In this document: positions 23,582 to 36,905 of the stretch, piece after piece | How positions within the stretch are numbered: the first letter of the stretch is position 1 | Layout of the letters: the number at the start of each line of letters is the position of its first letter | From: Klebsormidium nitens | Lineage: Eukaryota; Plantae; Klebsormidiophyceae | Length of the DNA: 56,870 bases | NCBI GenBank assembly: GCA_000708835.1 | Contig: DF237050.1 | Coordinates: forward strand, 1 to 56,870 | Reading direction: 5' to 3' | Position numbers and translations under genes: made by a program | Notes under the pieces: generated by a model | What the model was told of the DNA's origin: nothing | What the model saw: only the letters and a program-made list of their open reading frames with translations | Database searches by the model: none

Positions 23582-26242
23582 ATGGGGCCCAAGAGCAAGA
23601 CGAAGATACCAGAAGTGGAGATTAAGATCGACAAGGAGACGTACTTATCCATTGTGTACGAGGCTGCACGCAAGCTGCGCTTGAACATCATCCGGAAGCC
23701 TATATCTGCTGAAGAGATGGACTACATTGATTACCTCCCTCCCGGGGCAGATTCTAGCATAAAAGAAGCTGCAATAATGTTCAACCTGGAAAGTGCGTAC
23801 GAAAAAGACAAGCACTTCTCTCCAGACATAGTTCGACGCCACACCCTCGGCGCACTTTCGGTATATCAGATCCAAGCTCAATTTCAGGCAGTCATTGATG
23901 GAGACCTGACGTCGCTTGATAACCTGTACCCGACAGTGAAGCCCAAGCGGGTATGTGACAATTACTTGCTGACAGACAAAAGGAAGACGCCAGACCCGGG
24001 TGTCATCTACCGGCCGTGGTCCAGTGAGAGCCCCGACCCCTATATAGCCCTAGTATACGGATACGAAACCGGGCCCGGGGTGTTCAAAGACGCCTGGGTT
24101 TACGATCCCTGTTTCCTGCAAGCTTTCCAGAGCCCCGCAGATGCCTTTGAGCGGGCCATTCAGAATCTCGGGCGCATAACCGTGGGCCAATTCAAGATCT
24201 GCGTCGAGCCGTCCTTGAAGGCGGTGACGTCACACTGGGGGGAGTACAAGGGGACGAACTGCCGGGCTGTGCGCTTCGGGCAACCTCCAAGTGCGGTCTT
24301 CGTCACTTTCTTCGGAGACCACCGAGACTGCCCTCGGTTCCTCATCCCAGAAGTCGTCAAGTTGTTCGCGGAGGGGCTGAACTGTGACTTAGAAAGTGTG
24401 GTGAGCTTCTTCGCTAATATCTGGATCTTGGTTGGAAGTTTACGAACGGATTGAATCAGCAATAAAGTTTCACTCCTTTTGTTCAAAAGCTTCTCTTTGC
24501 TGAGATTATCAGTTCGGTCCTTTTGATGGAGGACCGACCTTATCTGACGATAAGCTTGCGTCATCAGCCAGAGCAGCCATCGTGTTATATCCGATGGCGT
24601 TGCCTCTCGTCCACACTTTGACTGCCAAGGGGGCCATTATTTACCAGTCAACTTTTCAGATGCTCGTACTGTAGAATGAATCTAAGTTGCATCCGATCTT
24701 CGATCTACCAAAAATATTTCCTCTTCTTTTGCATGTCTTTCTAACTGGAAGCTCAGATTGGGGAAGATCTGGACTTCCAATTCCGGTGACATCAGGCGTC
24801 TTCCAAATCGGGCTTGAAGAAGGCCTCTTCGTTTTTGATTCTAGGGTCAAAGGATTTACCGTTATAATAAGATTATTTACCTGTTGATCGCGCAGGTTGT
24901 GGTTCTGTGGTCTGGTCAGCAGGTCCACGTGGCGTCAGCGAGGGACCAGAAGGCAATGTACACTCCTGGACGGATGCAGCACCTGATGAAGTTTCAGACG
25001 GAGGCTGCTGCCTACAACGACCGGATCTGCGCCACGCCTTTCCAGGTGAGGAGCGATGAGCTGCTAATGTCGGCACTGGACTGAAACAAGAAAGGAGCGC
25101 AAGTTTCATGCCTCAAATGTCAGGAGGCAGCCAGACAAGGAAACAAGAAAAGTCGGAGCGGTTCCGTTTTTCAGTGTGCTATCTACTCGGCATAACTTCA
25201 TAAGTAGACACTTTCAAGCGGTCCTCTTTGTTGCCACAACTTGAATAAATCTTGAAGCGTAAGGCTCACGCAGATCTCGTAACAGAAGCATCTTTTCCGA
25301 TGAAAAGCAACGGGCAAGAAATTTTGGAGGCTAATAGAGCCATTCAGATCCTATTAGGAATAGTGTTCTGAGCGTAACAATGACCCTAAAGACGGCTCTT
25401 GCCGTACTTACGCAGGTCAAGGGACTGTCCAGCGATGAGTCCCTGGTGGAGTGGAAGCCCTACCCGCTGTATGGCAAGATGGAGGCTCTCAGGGTGCCAC
25501 GTGGCGGCGAGCCAGGGTCGACGCGTGTCCTATATCCTGTCCCGAGGACCGAGGCCGAGGCGCGGAAGCTGGAGCGACTTGGAGACAAGATCCCCGTTGT
25601 TACAGAACTCTCGTTACCTCAGTGCGCCAAGGTGAAAGATCTTAACATACATGGTCTATCTTGAATGCATCTTGAGTGCTTCCATTTTTTAATATTTTCT
25701 AGCAAGCTCGTATTGTTGAAAGGCGGCTGTCCGCTTGATGCCTCTGTGTCTCAAGATTTTGAATCATTCATTTGCATCGGAAGCGAGGCGCATGCTTGCT
25801 TTTGAAGTAATAGTCATCAGATAATCGAGGTGAAACTCCCTCATTTGTCTTAGAATCAGGCCTGATCGCTCAGTCTTTTCCCCGAGCCTTTTGTATGTTT
25901 TGACAGATGTTTTTACCAAGCATTACAAATCAGTAGCCTAGCTTTCTACATGGAAGCTAGGTTCTCACAAACGAGTGTTCGTCCTTTTGGAACACTATGA
26001 GATTAAAAACCCAGTGAGAGCTTGAGTGATCTCGTGAACCTAACGTGCTTGCTTGATTAAGGTCGTTAATCAGTTCCTCCTCCTGATCTCGATCGTTGAA
26101 TGATTGTGTTACGAATGTGCAGTGTGGGAAGAAGGACGAAGATCTTCTCCGATGTGCGAAGTGCAAAAAGGAACGGTACTGCTCCCGGGACTGTCAGATC
26201 AAGCATTGGGCGGCTGGACACAAGAAAGTCTGTGCACCGTGA
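23582..26242 (+). CDS. MYND-type zinc finger protein with an N-terminal uncharacterised (DUF1444-like?) domain, paralogue B, ~434 aa
   Basis: Exons 23582-24400, 24896-25045, 25416-25631, 26123-26242, with the same intron positions as paralogue A. Identical blocks include DKETYLSIVY, ARKLRLNIIRKP, SLDNLYPTV, EPSLKAVT, FFGDHRDCPRFL, VEWKPYPLYGK. The C-terminus is CAK-CGKKDEDLLRCAKCKKERYCSRDCQIKHWAAGHKKVC. Confidence 0.85.
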
Positions 26243-28565
26243 CGGCGATGCGTGACACAAAGTGCGCTGCTATAACGATAGTTCGACTTTTGAGGCTGAC
26301 AACTGAACGCTATGTCAATCTAATCAGGACTCCCAACAGATTGTTAACGCCTGCCGTTTTCTTCAACTGTTCCTTTCGGCACACGGGGACTGGACGTCAT
26401 TGACGGGTCCATCTTCCTACCTCTTTCCTGAATGGCAATCTCCACGGACAATTTCTATCACGTATAGGTTTTAAAGCGAAAACGCATTTTCAAAAACTCG
26501 CTTGTCTCAAACCGATAGATGCATTCAACGTGATTCAGTTCGCGGATTTGTGATGATGTCACGGTGGAAGACTGGAAGCGCTAGCATGGATTGTTCTCGG
26601 TTCCTGGGGCAGTCAACACCCCAGCACACTGGGATTAGGTAAAAGTCGGTCGCAGTGCTATCTCGAAACCCCGGAGGCACGATTGCTTATGACAGGGTTA
26701 ATTCAAAGCAAATCATGTTGTGTCAGGAGTGCCAGACAACAAGAGGCTAGAAAAGCTGGTTTGCAGGAGTATCGTAGTGTAGCTTGTTCGAACTCGTTAG
26801 AATCCTGTATTGACACCCTTCGGGCCCATGGCTTCGGCTACAGTCCTTATAATAGAAGCATGAACGAATGTCGTTAGAGCTCCACTTAGTCTAGTATGAC
26901 CATTTTGTGTCCCAAACGAATAAGTATCATTTTGGATGTTGAGATCCTTGGCGGAATACAAGGGCTTGCATGAAAGGAGCACATATCGTGGAATTTCATG
27001 AGCTTGCAGATCAACGTTAAAATTCGGCAAGTACTATCCACGATAATCTGTTTGTTTTGCGCATATCTCTGCCGGAAGCGTTCTGATTTTGGTTTGTTTT
27101 CGCCGAAAGGTGTGAAAGCTCCTCTGAGGTCCGCTAAAGCATTGAGGGGCGCACTCAACTACAGTACATGATCTATACGTACATACTTGGTACATGTTTC
27201 ATGCTTGAAATCAAAATTACATGCGTGTACAGCAAATGACAAGCTGGAGATCTCGGTCCTGGCCTTGATCTATCCGATCAATTTGCAAGGTCAATTCTGC
27301 GCCAGCATATCGTGACATGTGGCTCCCCTGTTCATCTCTCGACATCACTTTATGCTTTCCGATGCCGCGGTTTTGTGACGCGCCAAATTCCAACAACTGA
27401 CAAAGCGCTCGATATAGAGCTTGATTGCAGATGCTGACAATATCTACGATACAATAAAAGCTGTTTGTAAAACCAACGCAACCACAATTCTAATCAAACG
27501 CATTTCACCTTCCCTTCAGAGTCTGCATCACTTCTTGCAAGGGATCATCTTTCCCTTTGAAACGCATTAAATGTCAGCGCATTGGATGCATCGCATAAAT
27601 CATTTGTATCTTCAATATGTAAATGGGGACACTCGTTCACGAGCAGGTAAACAGAGAGATCTTCGGTCAAAATCGGGCTTCTCATTTATCATCTGGATTG
27701 CTTTCATACAAGAACTCAATAGTTGGTAGGGCTACTACTGTAAACCTCAAAACCTATTCACGTGCACTTTCTCGTCTACAGAACACCAAATTCAGCACTC
27801 TAGTACTGAACTGAGCCAACAAGCTACAATTTGCCTACCAGCCAGCCAACGCTTTGATTCCTTCCACTTTGAAATGCAGACCGTCTGATCTGCTTTCTTT
27901 TCTGCCTGGCCGGGGTTCACTGACTTGACACAAAATCTGGCACAGCCACCAGATCGTACTCTTGCCCCCTTCTAGGATATATGTTCCTTCCCTTCCGGCT
28001 AAGGGCCACTGTCCCAGCTACCTTGACGGCTAGAGTCCCTTCCTGAAGCATGCAACTGGAGGAGGTCTTGTGCAACTCTGTCCCTGAATTGCTTGAATGC
28101 AACTCCTTCCTAATGCAACGCTTACATCTGATGCAGAATGCAACCCCATCGTCTGATCGACCTCCCGGATCGCAAACTCCAGAGGGAATTCTTTCCGTCT
28201 CTTTCCGTCCACCACCTCCGAGAACCGCGATGGCCATCTCAAAGTTTGACGATGACGCCCCCTATCCGTATAAGGCCCAAGTTTCATCTTCAGGATGACC
28301 GATGACCCAGCATCTATCCATGGCTTGCTTGCCGAAATTCTCGACCAACTTTGACCGGAGTTCACCCTATACCTGAACCGCTACCGGAAGCCACAGGATG
28401 CCGATACGCCGACTCATCCGTTTACCTTTTTCAAGCTCGATCACTAGGTTCTCACCGGTCTACCAGACACCTTCTATCAGTTTACCTCCCTCTCAGCTTA
28501 AGTACCCGGGTATGATTGCAATTTGACGACTAGCCCATGTGTTTCCACCCCTAGCAGCCAGACCT

Positions 28566-31500
28566 CTAAAAGCCGTCCTCAAAGAGCGGAACCCAGCGAT
28601 AGACCACCGAGCGGCAGACGTTACATTCGACGAAGGATGGATTGCCGACCGCCTCCTCCTTGCACGCGGTGCAGAGGCAGCGGTGGCCGCACGGTAACGC
28701 CGCCCACGTCACGCGCCGTTCCCAGCACCTGCGGCAGGCGTTCTCCGGCGGGACACGTGGCGCGCGCGACGGCGGGGGTGCAGGGGCCGCGGCTGGGGGA
28801 GGCTGCAAGAAGGTTGGATTCGAGCGACGTAAGTGGAGGGAGAGAGCTTAGGCCTAAAGATCGGTTGAAGAGGTAGCGAATTCTGTTTCGAACGTGAACA
28901 AAAAGACGGCAGGGCCACTTTACTCATCTTAACAGACTGACACATCGTGGGAAAACTTTCACGGATGGCGCTCTCTCCCTACGGCAATGACACACGAAGG
29001 ATACGCAAAGGCCTATGATATAATGTCGCCAAGCCCGACTATCTTTCATTCAGATCCTTCAGACTACCTCACATGCAAGTCAAAGAGCCCTGGCCAAACC
29101 CCCACGCCTCAATGAAGCTCTGTTTTGTCAACATCTGGAACACTCATCAATTGTTATAGCCCTTCTGTAATCTTACCTTCCAGTCCATGAAAGAGAGGAA
29201 AGAGCGCCCGGTGGGCGCCTCCCGAGCACCAAACGGGGTCCACTCTCGCTCCTGCTCCGGCTGGAAACTCGCCCCGAGGTGCATCCCCGCCTCGCCGTAC
29301 CGGGAGCCCTCCACGAGTGCTCGGCCCGGCGAGATCCCCCCTCCAATTGCCCCCAGACGGCTCTGCAGAACTCCCCCCATGTCCGGAACCGGGCTCTCGG
29401 TGAAAGTCCGTGTGCGCCCATCGGGGGTCAGCGACCGGAAGTCGAACGCGTTCTGCGGGCGGTTGAACTCGCCGCGCCGGTAACGGTCGCCGGGGGGTGC
29501 TCCCGGGGCGTTGGGCTGGCGGAGCAGGTGGTCGAAGTTCTGGGGGCGCAGCGGGCTCGGGGAACCGGTGTACGGCGACGGGCCCCGCGAGGGGGGGTGC
29601 GGGGCCGGGCTACGGCGCCCGGGGATAAGGCCCGGGTGCTGGGCCATCCGCTGGAGCATCATCTTGTGCTCGAACATCTCCCGGTCGATCTCGTGCGGCG
29701 ACCGGGGGCTGTTGAAGAGCTGCCGGGCGGCCGCCCCAAGCGAAAGCTCCCGGTGGATATCGTCGGGGGGGAACGCATCGGGCGTCGGGCTGCCCAGGTA
29801 GAACTCGCGGTCCTCCTTCCGGAAACCAAACCCGGGCGGAACCTGGAGCGCTTCCGGGGCGGAACGCCGACCCGGGAAACCAAAGGGATCCCCCGACGTG
29901 GGCTCCGTTGAGTTGCCCCGGGCGGTCGAGTTGGGTGTCGGGGTAGGGGGAAGCGGGGTGAAGGCTGTCAGAAGGCTGCTCGGGGGCCCCTCCGACAGGT
30001 CCGGCGTGCTCGGGAAGGGTTTGGTTGCGGGGCTGGCGGAAGGGGGGGTCATTTCGCCTGCCTTGAGATCCCCCCCGGTGGATTCCGCAGCCTGTTCCTC
30101 TGTGGGCTGCTCCGCTGGAAGTTCCGGCGAGTCCGCTTCCGTTTCGCCCAGCTCCTCTGTTCCGTTCGGCTCCTCCACGTTTTCGTCCGCGTCTCCCTTT
30201 TCCTCAGGGACGGCTTCCGGCTCGGGAGCTTCCGTTCGCTTCTCGGAAACTGGTTCCGACTCCTCCCCTTCCTTGCTTGGCCCCTTGTCCCCCTGCGCGG
30301 CCGACGCGTACGACCGCCCGGAGGAGACGAACTTGGTCGGGGGTTTGGGCGGCGGCGGCGGCGCGGCCGCGCGCGGCGAGCGCGGCATGAGGACCACGTG
30401 GGTGGAGGCGCCCGTCCCGGTGGGCACGATCTTCATCTTGACGACGTCGGGCATGGAGCGCAGGAAGTCGCTCAGCTTCACGAAGCCCAGCTCGTGGTGC
30501 GGGATCTCTAGCCCGAAGCACGCGCGGAAGTCGCCCTTGAGCGACGACATAGCGTATTGGACGCCGCGCTTGGTGGAGAGGTAACCGGGCAGCCACTGGC
30601 GCAGCTTCACCAGCCAGGGCGGGCACTTGACGCTCCCGGGGATCGCGACCGGAGGCGGGGGCGACGCTTCGAGCGCCGGTGGAGTTTGCTCGGGGGACGT
30701 CACGCGACCGTTGGGTTCGTCACTCGTTTCCGTCGGGTGGGTTTCCGTTCCGGTCGCGGACAGGGGCGGGGCGTCGAGGGGTTTGGCGAGGGCCGGTGGT
30801 TTCTGCCACGGCGACTGGAGGCGCTTCTCCTCCCAGCTGTTGACTTCCCAGGGCACCGGCTCTGGCGAAGGCGCGGCCGCGGCCGCGGCCGCGCGGGCGA
30901 GGCTGACGGGGTTTGGGACGTGCCGGGAGGTCAGTCGTTCCGACTCCGGCGAGCTCATTCCGTCTGCGGGGCTTTCCGGAATGCGAACGAGGACGGAAGC
31001 GGGGGTGTCTGGGGTTTTGCATTCGGGGGGTTCCTCCCAGACGAGGGAGTCGGGTCGTGGAACGGCCGCCTTCACTTCCACCTGGAGACAAGGAAACGGA
31101 GGAGAGGAAGTGTTGGCAGCTGTACTTTGGTAGAAGCAGATATTCGAGCAGCTGCTGAGCCGGATTATGGAGCTGGAAACGGCCTTTCTGCAGAAGCCTT
31201 TAAGAGATTGCGAACTTTTCCAGCGTCAATGGATAAAATTTTGGTTTGTGTGCCGAAATTTGAGGAAAATTCAACAGTTGGACATACCAATCTTCTTCAC
31301 ATATCCACACAGTCTCCTCATTTCGTGACTTCAGGGTAGACAGGCTCGTCCTGATCCTAGCTCCAGCTATCAGCGTGATGCTATTGGACCATAGTGCAGA
31401 TCTCCGTATCAGGCCTCACCTTTTTGCCGAATATGACCACGTAGTGTTGCCTGCAGGCCTTCTGCGCTGTGACCTCGCTCTTGAAGGCGACGAAGCCAAA

Positions 31501-34500
31501 GCCGCGGGAGTGCATCCCGGTCGCCGTCTGAGACCCGATCACGATCGCGTCGTCAACGGGGCCGAAGTTGGATTCGAAGTACTCCTTCAGGTCATCTGCA
31601 GGGTTCGAGAAAAAGATAATTTGAATCGACGAGGAGATTCTTGGCATAAATGTAGCGTTCAGAAGCGCTTCAAAGCTGTAGTCGGTCAAACAGGAAATAA
31701 GGGACACGAGAAGCAGCGCTCTGTGACACCCAAAGAAAGTCGGGTTTACCAACGACTCAGGATAGAGACCCTTTTGACCGAAAAGGATAGTGGTTCGTTG
31801 GAAAAAGAGGCAAAAGTGAAACTCTATAACGATAGAAAGTTTCCTTCCCTCAAAGCTCTGACTTACCAGCGTCAGCAGATTCGGGCAGGCCACCGACGAA
31901 AATCTTGCGGTTGAAGTCCTCGGTCTTCCACTGCTGCAAAAAGAGACAGTAAGCTGTGCGTTCAGAGTGGTTAACCGGGCCAAAAATAAAGCAAGCTTAG
32001 AGACTCGATAGTGTAACGGATTGGCAGAAGAAAATATGAAGGTTCTCGGTCACCAACCACACTAGAACTTCAGAGTTTCGAATGCAAGAGAATCTCTTCT
32101 GGAGTCACGCACGGCACAGAAATGTGGAACGCCCCTTTCAGCGGTAATGAACCATTATTGCTCTCAATACCAATCCCAAAAGTGACATCGCTATGGACAG
32201 GTCCAACGCGCTCAAACGTCAACAGAACGCGCCAGGATGATTATGCACGAACGGCTCAGAAGGCTCATGCAAGGTCGCAGCAGCAAATGCACTTTCACGA
32301 CTTGCCTTGAGCTTCTGCCGGGAGAGGCTGCCCGGCTCCGCCGCATCGCCCAGCATGCCCTTTGGCGGCGCCAGGGGGACCAGCTCGTGTTCCCCGTGCG
32401 CGAAGAAGCACTTTTCGCCGCGCGCGCACCCGTGCGCGGTCCCAAAGTAGCGGCAGAGCTCGGTCTTCGCGTTGGAGGGCATCATGACCGTCTTGGCGGA
32501 AGAGGGCCTCCTGGCAAGAACGAAAAAGTGGGCGAGGAAATTGCTTGGATCATTACTGAAGTCGGTGAGGACCTGTAAGGCTGGATGTTCCAGTTCGATT
32601 ACGGTTCCATCCCAGAATGTCCGCGAAACGAATTCTGTGGTAGAAGGGACCCTCAAGATTGTCGAAGCTTTTTAAGGGACTTCGAAGCACTTGAAACAAG
32701 GTTCACAAGGCCAGTCTTGAGAAATCTTAACGGCATGTATGAACAGTGCTCGCGAGGTCTTCTGCAACATTTTCTCAAATCCAGATCAATGTTTCTGCTC
32801 CGTAGGAGTTCTACTTTGCACACGACGTCTAGAGGCTGAAACCGCCCAAAAAACACACTTTGACATATCTGATGTACACTTACGTCTGGTCGCCCTCCTT
32901 GGTGCCTTTCTTGGCCGCCTCGACGGCTTCAGCGAGCACGTTGTCTTTTCCTGCGCACATGAGAAGCGGCGTTACAATTCACCCCTGTTTTCCTAAAATT
33001 GTGTGGAAGATCAAAAACTTCTTCGAGAAGCACACCAAGCCTCATCAGATGGTACAGGAGTTCCGCAGACGCGGTAGGCAGCAAATAGAGATTACGAACG
33101 TCGTCAGCTACAGCTTCGTGACATCCCTCACGTAAAACTGCGGTGCCGGACACAGTGCAGCCGTTTCCAAGCCCAGATCAACGCTTCTTTTGTTTGATAT
33201 CTAGCTCAAACCAACTTACTAAAGAGTGAATCAAATACTCGGTGTGGGCCTTTTGAAGATCAAGTGTTACCTGTGAAGGCCTCGTCCGGTTGGCGCAGCA
33301 TCTCGCGCATGGGAGGCGATGTGGCCACGTCAATGGGTCTCTGCTTTCTGCAGTTGTAGAAAAAAGCAGGATTGAGCTCAACTTGAAGGACAGACACATC
33401 AACTGGGAGCACTTTAGAAATCTGCTTCTTCGTCAGCACGAATGACCGGAAACTCGCCACTCGGATCGAACAAATTACAGCTCCCCCGTCATAAATAGGA
33501 CAGGCGAACCTTATACTTGCCATCAGGAAACTGAGTGAAGTGCGTTCGGGAAGTCCACTTGGTTTTTGAATTGAAAAGGGCGCACGGAAAAATGGAAAAT
33601 TGCCCGGAGCGTACCTGAGGTTGACCAGCAGTCTGTTCGCGCCAGCCTGCAGCAGCAGCCTGGCGCACTCCACGTGGTCATTCTTGACGGCCCAGAAAAT
33701 GGCGGTCTCCTTGGTTGCGGCCACAATGTTCACGGCCGCAGGCTCCTTGGTCAGCAGGATCTGAAGATGAAGCAGGCCCACGTGTCAGCAAAAGGCAGTG
33801 CTTTAGGCAAAGGCGAAACCCACAAAGCGAGAGAAGTTACATGGTGACAAGAAGCAGCCGCATCCTAAACTAGGGCACTAAGATGCTCCAAATCTGGATG
33901 CCCTGGAAGATTGGTCGCTTTGAACAAATTGCCTCTACGATCAGCGAGAATTTTCTAGCAAGAGCGGGTCAAATCTCACTTAAAGATAGGCTTGACCTAG
34001 AGTCTCCGTCTAAAAAAGTGCTCGTCCAAAGAAGTTTCAGTGCAAGAAAAGGTAAGGAAGCCAACCTTGAGAGCCTCGTAGTGCCCATGAGCGGCCGCCA
34101 CGTGAATTGCTGTGGCGCCGATCTTATTTCCGATGGATCCGCGCGCACCGCCGTCGCTCAGCTGCTGGATGATGCTGCAAGGGTGAGTTGAAATAGCTCA
34201 AGCATCTGTCAGATCAAAGACAGAGAGACGGAGGCAGAGGAATGCAGGATGCCCGACAAAGGCACAGGAAATATTATGCATACTTCAGCAGAAGAAAACC
34301 AACGGTCAGCTGGTAAGAGGTCTCCTTTTTGAACAAATACAAGTAAGTGGCGCAGCAGTTTCAGCAAGTATTAGGAGGCGTGGACCCTGGGACCGGTTCT
34401 CGGAGCGTATGATCGGCGCACCTGACGTTCAGAAGGTTCTTCCCAAGTCGCAGGCACCAGTGAAGAGCAGTGTTGCCGTCTGGATCAGCCTCGTTGGGAT

Positions 34501-36905
34501 CGGACCCGAAGCGCAGCAGCAGGGCTACAAGAGCCTCGTCGTTAGCCTGCACAATTGCAGTGCCTGCTGCGTCAGCCCAGCTTTTTGCTGGAAGATATCT
34601 CGCACTGAAGCTTGTTCAACTCAATCTGGAATTCGAGAGAGATCCATCTCTGCTACAAAACCGTCTGCTGTGATCAAAACCTTCGCTGATGTGCGGCTCA
34701 AAGACAGTCCGAGAAGTATCACTTTCTGACTATATTGACAAACAAGTGCTCTGATCAAACATGAACACGTGGCGTCAAGCGAACAAATTTCTGAAGGACA
34801 CAAAAAGGATATTGATTCTTGAAGGGGCATCCACCTGTGCGGCCTTGATCAGCGGCGCTGTGGGCCCCTTGGAGAGCGGCCCAAACCCCTTCGGCCGGTC
34901 GTTCTTCCGCCGGCTCAGGTGCGGCTTCCACCTCAGCACGGCCTCCAGCACCCGGAGCACGGGCGCGCGCGCGCGCGGCCCGCCCTCCGGGTTTTCGCGT
35001 GCCTGCGCGAGCGCCTTTTGCACCAGGAAGTCGACGACGGTGCCCTCGCCGAAGTCTGGGTGTTGCAGGACGGTGTTCATGATGGCCTTGCCGAAGTGGA
35101 TGTAGAGCGAGATGAGGGGGACGAGCTTGCACGCGAGCGCCAGCTCGCAGCCGAAGCGCGCGAGGTCCTTCATCTGGTTGCCGAGCAGCTTGATGGCTGT
35201 CAGGTCCTGCGGAGGGACCAACGCATACAGGTGGGTTTAGAAGTGAGCTGGTGGCCAATCTGGGGCTGCCATAGATTGTGACACCAGCAGAATGCAGCAC
35301 AACCGACTGGCAATCCTTAATTGGCAATCCTTAAGGGCTGCAAGGCCTGGGGTCTAACGCCTGTCTGAGAACAGAACAGGCTGGTCTCTAAAATGGAGCT
35401 TGCACAGTACTTCTGAAACCCATTAAATGCAGGATCATGAGGTGTTTTTGCAATCAGCTACGAAGGATTGTCAACGTGTCTTGGGGGACGAATTTGTCAA
35501 AATTGAAAGAAAACTTCACTTTTTTCTGAAGAAATAACTTGAGAACTCCTTACCATCTCCTGTAGCTTGATAACAACGTCTCTAGGAGGTGCATGATCTA
35601 CGTCCAGGGGAGGCCTGCACAGGTGAAATATGATTCAATGCATCAATCTACACATGAAACTGGTGGAGTATGCTTCTCGCGGACATTGCAGGCCATAAAT
35701 GGAACAAGCAAGTGACGCTTCAAAAACGTATGCTGTGAAGGTGTTTTAGAAAAAGGCTAAAAGAGGGCTCAGATGATCGATCCAATCCGAATTATCAAAC
35801 TGTCAAAGGACTTCATCTGAATTTCAGGCAGAATCTCTCAAGATCCACCTATTTCTTCTACATGATCTGGATCTTTTAAGATGTGTATTAACGAAGAGAA
35901 TTGTCTCTCAAATTACCATCTCTCTCCAGCACAAAGAAAACCTCGTTCCTAATCCCTTCTACAAATGGCTACCACCCATCAAGATAGACACTTGCCCTCA
36001 CAGCACCTTCATAAACTGGATCTCTTTATCTCTACTCTAATTCAAAGGCATGAAACCCAGCCAGAGCATCCAATGCACAATCCCATCTTTGCACAGAAAC
36101 CTCACCTAAGGCTCTGCATGGCAGATTCCAGAGGAGTACACCCTCTGTCGTCTTCGAGATCAACCTTGGCCCTCCTCTTTATGAGAAGCTCGATGCACTC
36201 CAGGCTGTGGCACTCAGCAGCATGGCGGAGAGCTGTCCTCCCCCTCTCATCACAGTCGTCAATGGGAATCGCTGGAAGACTTGAGCAGTCGAGAAGCATC
36301 TCAGCCACATGCACGGCATCGCATCTGCACGCTTCGTGCAGGAGCTGCCTCAGCAAGGCCTCGTTAGACCTCCGGTCTTCTGTCCTGTCAGAGCTGATGA
36401 GATCGAGCAGCGCCGCAGAGAGAGCTTTTGGCTGGTCCTTTTGGACCAGCTTGGAGAGTTTATCCATCAGGCCTGCGGAAAGGACCTTCTTTCCGCTCGG
36501 ATGCAGGATCACTCTGGACTTCTCAAGCACCATTTCTTCGTCTTCCTTGGCTTCCGACATTTCTGAAGCACCAGCTGAGTCGACGCTGGTACCAATCTTC
36601 GCCTTCAAGATAGCAACAAGCTGAGCACGATCCAGAGACTGGTTCTTGAGAAGCTCGAGGGTGTTCTTCTGGAGAAGCGATCCAACCATAGATGAGGTCA
36701 CTGCTGGATCATTTGCAGATTGGATCCCAGACCCATCTTGACGAGTATCCTCGGCAGACTCAGATTGATTACTACCTTCCTGCAGCGTGCTCAGGAGGTC
36801 TCCTGCTATTTGCCAAAGAGCTTCGTCTATTGAAAGCTCTTGAGCTTTTGCAAGGGCTTGCGCAGCAGTTTCTGCAGTGCCGATCGATCCTCCTTTCTTG
36901 GTCAT
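28566..36905 (-). CDS. Multidomain protein, ~1448 aa: ankyrin repeats - CCCH zinc finger - RRM - OST-HTH/LOTUS - Pro-rich region - RING-HC
   Basis: 13 exons with consistent phases: 36905-36106, 35614-35554, 35206-34835, 34546-34422, 34174-34066, 33760-33615, 33347-33271, 32950-32884, 32510-32306, 31933-31867, 31595-31420, 31081-29177, 28802-28566 (4347 nt). ANK motifs GRTALRHAA, GNTALHWC, GATAIHVAAAHGH, ETAIFWAVKNDH. CCCH: KTELCRYFGTAHGCARGEKCFFAHGEHEL. RRM: KIFVGGLP...RGFGFVAF. LOTUS: SSLKGDFRACFGLEIPHHELGFVKLSDFLRSMPDVV. RING: CRRC...LPCGHRCLCTAC...CNVCR. Confidence 0.88.

Larger units (their letters stand above)
18000..26350 (+). repeat. Tandem gene duplication, period ~4.5 kb
   Basis: Similarity between ~18000-21850 and ~22400-26350 covers exons and also upstream, intronic and 3' flanking sequence (for example CCGTGACGACGA vs CCGTGACGGCGA after the stops; CTTCGTGCATGC upstream of both). 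Outer boundaries are approximate. Confidence 0.8.

Noticed and set aside
29279-31339. Several long plus-strand ORFs (210, 228, 260, 168 aa)
   Set aside because: Antisense shadows of the very GC-rich 1.9-kb exon of the ANK-CCCH-RRM-LOTUS-RING gene.
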